From the NCBI RefSeq assembly GCF_016806735.1, contig NZ_CP060530.1, positions 210,001 to 242,000 of the forward strand: a stretch of 32,000 bases of DNA, written 5' to 3'. Below the pieces are notes generated by a model. It did no database searches. It was not told the DNA's origin and was given only the letters and a program-made list of their open reading frames with translations. Below, piece after piece: positions 24,114 to 29,219 of the stretch. This DNA comes from Candidatus Micrarchaeum sp. Its GTDB lineage: Archaea; Micrarchaeota; Micrarchaeia; Micrarchaeales; Micrarchaeaceae. A program made the position numbers and the translations under genes. Within the stretch, counting starts at the first letter, position 1. The number at the start of each line of letters is the position of its first letter.

Positions 24114-24344
24114 ATGGGTGGGAATTTGAGCATAAGGTTCTGGTACTATAAGCATTTCAACAGGGCAAAGCTCCTGGAAGAGCTGTCGAAACCTGCAGAT
24201 GGAGACTACGTTGCAGTAACAGAAGGAAATATGGTTACGCGGGTAAGGAGGGATGAGCTTGAGGAATACATGCGTTACGTAAAGGAAAGGGACCAGAAGC
24301 ACGAAGTTGCCCAAATCCTTGAAGTCAAGCAGCCCAAGCATTAA
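24114..24344 (+). CDS. Small hypothetical protein (76 aa)
   Basis: MGGNLSIRFWYYKHFNRAKLLEELSKPADGDYVAVTEGNMVTRVRRDELEEYMRYVKERDQKHEVAQILEVKQPKH. Its charged, protein-like composition contrasts with the overlapping minus-strand ORF. A T7 run follows the stop. I recognise no family. Confidence 0.4.
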   Translation: MGGNLSIRFWYYKHFNRAKLLEELSKPADGDYVAVTEGNMVTRVRRDELEEYMRYVKERDQKHEVAQILEVKQPKH

Positions 24345-24439
24345 ATATCCGTATTCCTTTAGCACAATGCTTTTTTTGCAGTTTCGGCCCAATATAAGAA
24401 TATATACCTTGCCGGCATTAATATACTGGGTGTGATTTG

Positions 24440-24901
24440 ATGGAAGAATGCGAGCTCTGCGGCAGGCAAATGGACGTTGCGTATGTGGTATCAATAGAAG
24501 GTGTCGAGTTCAGGGTATGCGCAAGCTGCGCAAAGGGCAAGAAAATAATCTCGGAACCTGCAGGGCGCAAGCCCAACAGCACCGGCAGCTATTCGAGGCG
24601 CGCCCTACCGGAGGCAGATGACAATGGACCCGCTTTGATAGACGGCTATGGCACTGCGATACGCAACGCAAGGGAAGGGCTTAAGATACCTCTAAAGGTG
24701 CTTGCAGAAATGATAAACGAGAAAGAAACTTTCCTGTCAAGGGTGGAGGAAGAGAAAACCGAACCCCCTATGGCGCTGGTAAAGAAGCTTGAGAAGACCT
24801 TAAACATAAACCTCATCTCTGCAACAGACAAGCCAGATGCCAAAACGCATTCGATAGGGCAGCGCGGCAACGTTACTCTGGGCGACTATACTACCAAATG
24901 A
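24440..24901 (+). CDS. mbf1: Archaeal multiprotein bridging factor 1 (MBF1): zinc ribbon plus HTH
   Basis: An N-terminal CELCG...CASC zinc ribbon, a linker, then an XRE-type HTH (IRNAREGLKIPLKVLAEMINEKETFLSRVEEEKTEPPMALVKKLEKTLNINL). Confidence 0.85.
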   Translation: MEECELCGRQMDVAYVVSIEGVEFRVCASCAKGKKIISEPAGRKPNSTGSYSRRALPEADDNGPALIDGYGTAIRNAREGLKIPLKVLAEMINEKETFLSRVEEEKTEPPMALVKKLEKTLNINLISATDKPDAKTHSIGQRGNVTLGDYTTK

Positions 24902-24913
24902 AAAGTGCTTGAG

Positions 24914-25963
24914 ATGGCGGTAGACCTTAGCAAACTCATAATCAGGGAGAAGATATCGCTCAAGGAGCTAAGCGGCAAAACGGTGGCAATAGACGCATAC
25001 AATGTGCTCTACCAGTTTCTTTCAATAATAAGGCAGCCGGACGGCACGCCGCTAAAGGATTCCAAGGGTAGGGTAACAAGCCACCTATCTGGGCTTTTCT
25101 ACAGGAGCATAGACCTGATACAAAACGGGATAACTCCTATATACGTGTTTGACGGGATACCGTCAAAGCTCAAAATGAAGACCATAGAAGCAAGGACAAG
25201 GAGGAGGGACAATGCCTACAACGCGTGGCTTGAGGCAAAAGCGCAGGGGGCCCTTGAAGCGGCAAGGACATACGCGCAGGAAAGCACCAGGGTGGACAAG
25301 GCAATAGTGTCCAGCGCCAAACAGCTACTGGATCTTATGGGCATAGCGCAGCTTACCTCTACTGGCGAGGGCGAGGCTCAAGCGAGCTACATGTGCAGGG
25401 AGGGCCTTGTTGACGCAGCTGCAAGCCAGGATTACGACACCCTGCTCTTCGGCGCCCCTGTGATAATAAGGAACCTTACGCTTTCCGGAAGGCGCAAACT
25501 CCCCAAAAAGAACGTTTATGTAGAGGTTGAGCCTGAGCGCGTGATACTGGCCGAAACCCTCAAAGCCCTTGGAATATCAAGGCAGCAGCTCATATGGATA
25601 GGCATAATGCTTGGAAACGATTTCAACGACGGCATAAAGGGCATAGGCCCGAAGACTGCGCTCAAGATAGCGATGGAATCAAAAAGCATAAGCGACGTGG
25701 AGTCAATAGTTGAGCAGAAGTTCAAGACTCCCTTCCAGACCGACATACGCGAGGTCGAGGAGCTGTTCAATAATCCGGATGTCAAACGCATCGAGAAGCC
25801 GGAGCTGGAGAAAATGGTCTCGGCAAAGCCCGATATAGAAGGCATAAAGCGCATGATGTGCGACGATTACGAGTTTTCCGAAGCTCGTATTGTCAAGTTT
25901 GCCGAACTCCTGGCCAAAAAGAGGGATTCGTCAAGGCAGGAAGGCATATCCAAGTGGTTCTGA
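24914..25963 (+). CDS. fen: Flap endonuclease 1 (FEN1)
   Basis: LSGKTVAIDAYNVLYQFLSIIRQPDGTPLKDSKGRVTSHLSGLFYRSIDLIQNGITPIYVFDG, GEGEAQASYM and SQDYDTLLFGAP match FEN1. It has a C-terminal PIP box QEGISKWF*. I prefer ATG 24914 over GTG 24905. Confidence 0.94.
   Translation: MAVDLSKLIIREKISLKELSGKTVAIDAYNVLYQFLSIIRQPDGTPLKDSKGRVTSHLSGLFYRSIDLIQNGITPIYVFDGIPSKLKMKTIEARTRRRDNAYNAWLEAKAQGALEAARTYAQESTRVDKAIVSSAKQLLDLMGIAQLTSTGEGEAQASYMCREGLVDAAASQDYDTLLFGAPVIIRNLTLSGRRKLPKKNVYVEVEPERVILAETLKALGISRQQLIWIGIMLGNDFNDGIKGIGPKTALKIAMESKSISDVESIVEQKFKTPFQTDIREVEELFNNPDVKRIEKPELEKMVSAKPDIEGIKRMMCDDYEFSEARIVKFAELLAKKRDSSRQEGISKWF
25937..25960 (+). other. PIP box QEGISKWF at the FEN1 C-terminus
   Basis: Q-x-x-I-x-x-W-F immediately before the stop. 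This is the established location of the archaeal FEN1 PCNA-binding motif. Confidence 0.8.
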
Positions 25964-26053
25964 ACCTCACATACAAATAAAAGTAGGCCCAGTTATGCTG
26001 GCTCCGCAAAGCTTTTTATATCTGGTTCAAAAAGTAAAGAGTGTGGCGATTTT

Positions 26054-26596
26054 ATGCCAGGAAAGAAGAAAAAGAGCGACAATAAGGACCAAAACCCGAA
26101 TGGCGTTCCAGATATAGAGAATCTGATAAAGCTTATTGCAAAAACATTGAAGGAAAATTTTGACAACAACGACATGGCAAGCCTAGCCAATGAGTTTGGA
26201 ATAGACATAAAACTTTCTGCAAATCCCTCAAAGGCTGTTCCGCCACCAAAGCCCGTGCGCCTGCAGAAGCCGGAGCCGAAGCTGCCCCAGGGCATGCCGC
26301 CGGAAATACAAACGCCAACTGAGCCATTTGTCGAAACCATATACAAGAAGGATTCGGTCGTAATAGATGCCAGCATGCCGAATGTTTCAAAGGGGGAGAT
26401 AAACGTCATAGCCTCGCAGGGAACGCTCATAATAGAGATAAGCCACAAGGGCACTATATACAGCAAGAAGCTGCAGCTTGAGGCCAATGTCGACCCGGAA
26501 AAGGCATCAGCCACGTTCAAGAACGGGGTGCTTGAAGTAGTCATGCCAATAGTTGAGATGGCTTACATGAAGGACTTCAAGCTCAGCATAAAATAA
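26054..26596 (+). CDS. Small heat shock protein, Hsp20/alpha-crystallin family, with a long N-terminal extension
   Basis: The alpha-crystallin domain is VVIDASMPNVSKGEINV...LEANVDPEKASATFKNGVLEVVMP. It is preceded by about 95 aa that include a Pro-rich stretch (AVPPPKPVRLQKPEPKLPQGMPPE). Confidence 0.85.
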   Translation: MPGKKKKSDNKDQNPNGVPDIENLIKLIAKTLKENFDNNDMASLANEFGIDIKLSANPSKAVPPPKPVRLQKPEPKLPQGMPPEIQTPTEPFVETIYKKDSVVIDASMPNVSKGEINVIASQGTLIIEISHKGTIYSKKLQLEANVDPEKASATFKNGVLEVVMPIVEMAYMKDFKLSIK

Positions 26597-26653
26597 GCCA
26601 AGCAAAAGCAATAAATATGCCACCGGGGAAATAAAGCTATCAATGGTGCTTTA

Positions 26654-26788
26654 ATGCAGAAGAAAGTAACAAAATCGAACAGGAAGCTAGGCAAGGACTA
26701 CAGGAACAAGAAGAAGCTCAGCAGGCTGAAGAAAGAGCATAGAAAGAGGCTCAAGGCAGTAAGGAGAAAGGGCAAGGTAGTCGGCTGA
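26654..26788 (+). CDS. Very basic 44-aa micro-ORF (possible small nucleic-acid-binding or ribosome-associated protein)
   Basis: Below the track cutoff. Sequence: MQKKVTKSNRKLGKDYRNKKKLSRLKKEHRKRLKAVRRKGKVVG*. About half the residues are Lys/Arg. It fills the gap between Hsp20 and the next gene almost exactly. Confidence 0.4.
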   Translation: MQKKVTKSNRKLGKDYRNKKKLSRLKKEHRKRLKAVRRKGKVVG

Positions 26789-26799
26789 GCCCATAACGC

Positions 26800-27393
26800 C
26801 TATGTTATGTCGACGTACATCTTGTCGTTGAATTCATAAGCAACGGAATCCTCGCCTATGCCTATATTGGCGAGCATCTCATCCTTGCTGGCAAATTTTC
26901 TTATTTCGCTGTCGAAGTCCATAAGGTATATCCCGTCCGTCTCGTAATACAATATGGGGTTGAGCCTGTCGTTCTTTTCTATTATCAATATTTTTGCAGA
27001 GGGATTCCCAAGCGCTATTATAAGGCTGCACAGCAGCGTATACCTGTCTAGCTTTTCCCCGGCTCCGAACTCCATGGTCTCTGCGGGCTCAAGCCAAAAT
27101 TCCACTGGAAGGTTTATCGTTTCTATCTCCTTCCTTACAAATTCGTATGCTACCACGCTTGCTGCGTAGAAGTCCCTTTCATAGGAATATTTTTCAAAGC
27201 CGCTCTTTATGTCCTCGGCCTTTTCCAATACTGACTTGTCTTTCGGGGTAACAAGCCTTGGCAGCTCCGCTACTGAAAGGCTTTCCTCCTCTCCTATATA
27301 ATCGCGATACCTGTTTATGATCCTTAAATATATCGCGTTCAGCTTCGCCAGCCTCTCAAAATTAGTGCTTCCGCCTTCAGCTTCCGAATCCAT
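26800..27393 (-). CDS. Hypothetical protein, possibly a transglutaminase-like fold lacking the catalytic His
   Basis: 197 aa. GEKLDRYTLLCSLIIALGNPSAKILII...NPILYYETDGIYLMDFD loosely follows the transglutaminase-like pattern (G.C....L...LG.P......HAW.E...G.W...D), with Cys and Asp present but no His. This is weak, by-eye evidence only. Confidence 0.5.
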   Translation of the reverse strand: MDSEAEGGSTNFERLAKLNAIYLRIINRYRDYIGEEESLSVAELPRLVTPKDKSVLEKAEDIKSGFEKYSYERDFYAASVVAYEFVRKEIETINLPVEFWLEPAETMEFGAGEKLDRYTLLCSLIIALGNPSAKILIIEKNDRLNPILYYETDGIYLMDFDSEIRKFASKDEMLANIGIGEDSVAYEFNDKMYVDIT

Positions 27394-27454
27394 TCAAATG
27401 CACTGTTGTTATGGCTCTGGCAAATGATAAATCTCTTGCGGTGCTTCTGCTGCA

Positions 27455-27464
27455 TATTTTAAAT
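27455..27464 (+). promoter_or_regulatory. Candidate TATA box (TATTTTAAAT) for a leaderless polX transcript
   Basis: It is centred about 24 nt upstream of ATG 27484, and no SD-like motif intervenes. Confidence 0.4.
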
Positions 27465-27483
27465 TTTTCATCGCTTTATAATT

Positions 27484-29217
27484 ATGGCAAACGAAAAGCT
27501 CGCGGAAATATTCAATGAAATCGCTGACATGCTGAGCGTTGACAAAAGGCCAACCGCAAGGTTCGAGGTGCGCGCCTACCAGAACGCAGCCATGGCGCTG
27601 CTCTCCATGGATGAGGACGTATCCAAGCTCTATGAGCGCTCAGGCATAGACGGTCTTATGTCGATAAGCGGGATTGGAAAGGGCCTTGCCGGAAAGATAG
27701 AGGAATACATAAAGACCGGCCGCGTCAGGAAGTACGACGAGCTAAAGAAAAAATACCCAATAGACTTCGAAAATCTTACGAAGATAGAAGGCATGGGGGC
27801 AAAGAGGGCAATTACGCTTTACCAGAAGCTAAACGTAACCGACATAAAAAGCCTTAAGGATGCCATATCCTCTCACAAAGTCATGACTCTTGAGGGTTTT
27901 GGCGAGAAGAGCGAGCAGCTGCTTGAAAAAGGTATAGAGATGCTCGAAGGCTCAAAGGGAAGAATGCTGCTCGGCTACGCACTGCCTGCAGCGGAATCCA
28001 TAGTATCAGAACTTCTGGCCTCGAAAAAAGTGGAGAAAGCCATAATATGCGGCTCAACGAGGCGCATGAAGGAAACAATAGGCGACATAGACATACTTGC
28101 AATATCGCAGCACCCCGAAGATGTAATGGACCTGTTTGCGAAAATGAAAGGCGTATCCAACATAGTAGTCAAAGGCCCAACGAAAACCACCGTATGGCTT
28201 GACATTGGCACGACTTGCGATTTGAGGGTGATAGCCCCAGAAAGCTTCGGGGCAGCAATGCAGTACTTTACCGGCAGCAAGGAGCACAACGTGGAAGTAA
28301 GGAAGATAGCAATATCCAAGGGCTACAAGCTTAACGAATACGGGCTATTCGACAAAAACGACAAGGTGGTCTCAGCGATAGACGAAACGGACATCTATTC
28401 ACGGCTTGGAATGGATTGGATAGAGCCTGAAATGAGGGAGAACCGCGGCGAAATAGCCCTGGCAAAAAAGCATAAGCTGCCGAAGCTGGTAAAATTGCAA
28501 GACCTAAAAGGAGACATGCATTCCCATACAAAGGAAACGGATGGGACAAACACTCTGGAAGAAATGGCAAGCGCCGCCATGGCACACGGGCTCGAGTATC
28601 TGGCGATAACCAATCATACGAAAAGCCTGAAAGTTGCCAGGGGAATGGACGAGAAGAAGTTTGCGGAATTCTTCAAAAGGGTCGATGCCTTGAACGAAAA
28701 GCTTGATGGAAAGCTCACGCTGCTCAAAGGGGCAGAAGTTGACATATTGAAGGACGGATCTCTGGATCTTTCCGCAGCTGCGCTCAAGAGTATGGACTGC
28801 GTGGTTGCCGCTGTACACTCAGGCTTCAACATGGGCATCAATGAGATGACATCTAGAGTAATAAAAGCAATTGATTCCGGATACGTGAACATACTTGCGC
28901 ACCCTACTGGCAGGATAATCAACGAAAGGGAGCCGTACGCTATAGATCTCAGAAAAGTCGCAGAAAAGGCTGAAGAGAAAGGCGTTGTAATGGAGATAGA
29001 CTCGTATCCGAGCAGGCTAGACCTCAACGACGCATCGATATTTGCCATACGCGACTACAAGGTATTGTTTTCGATAGATTCCGATGCACACAGCGTATCG
29101 CATTTCGACAATCTGCGCTATGGGATTGGGATGGCAAGGAGAGGCTGGCTTACAAAGGAAAAGGTCATAAACACGATGCCGGCAAGGCGCATATCCAAGC
29201 TGATAGCCAGAAAATAA
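27484..29217 (+). CDS. polX: Family X DNA polymerase with C-terminal PHP domain (PolX-PHP)
   Basis: HhH motifs (GIGKGLAGKIEEY, IEGMGAKRAITLY), a catalytic GSTRRMKETIGDIDIL, and YFTGSKEHN. The PHP domain begins GDMHSHT...LAITNH...AHP...DSDAH. Confidence 0.92.
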   Translation: MANEKLAEIFNEIADMLSVDKRPTARFEVRAYQNAAMALLSMDEDVSKLYERSGIDGLMSISGIGKGLAGKIEEYIKTGRVRKYDELKKKYPIDFENLTKIEGMGAKRAITLYQKLNVTDIKSLKDAISSHKVMTLEGFGEKSEQLLEKGIEMLEGSKGRMLLGYALPAAESIVSELLASKKVEKAIICGSTRRMKETIGDIDILAISQHPEDVMDLFAKMKGVSNIVVKGPTKTTVWLDIGTTCDLRVIAPESFGAAMQYFTGSKEHNVEVRKIAISKGYKLNEYGLFDKNDKVVSAIDETDIYSRLGMDWIEPEMRENRGEIALAKKHKLPKLVKLQDLKGDMHSHTKETDGTNTLEEMASAAMAHGLEYLAITNHTKSLKVARGMDEKKFAEFFKRVDALNEKLDGKLTLLKGAEVDILKDGSLDLSAAALKSMDCVVAAVHSGFNMGINEMTSRVIKAIDSGYVNILAHPTGRIINEREPYAIDLRKVAEKAEEKGVVMEIDSYPSRLDLNDASIFAIRDYKVLFSIDSDAHSVSHFDNLRYGIGMARRGWLTKEKVINTMPARRISKLIARK

Positions 29218-29219
29218 GC

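Noticed and set aside
24084-24494. A 136-aa minus-strand ORF spanning the M50/mbf1 intergenic region.
   Set aside because: The translation does not look protein-like (Cys/His/Arg/Ile-rich, no motifs). It overlaps the mbf1 start and the better-looking plus-strand small ORF.
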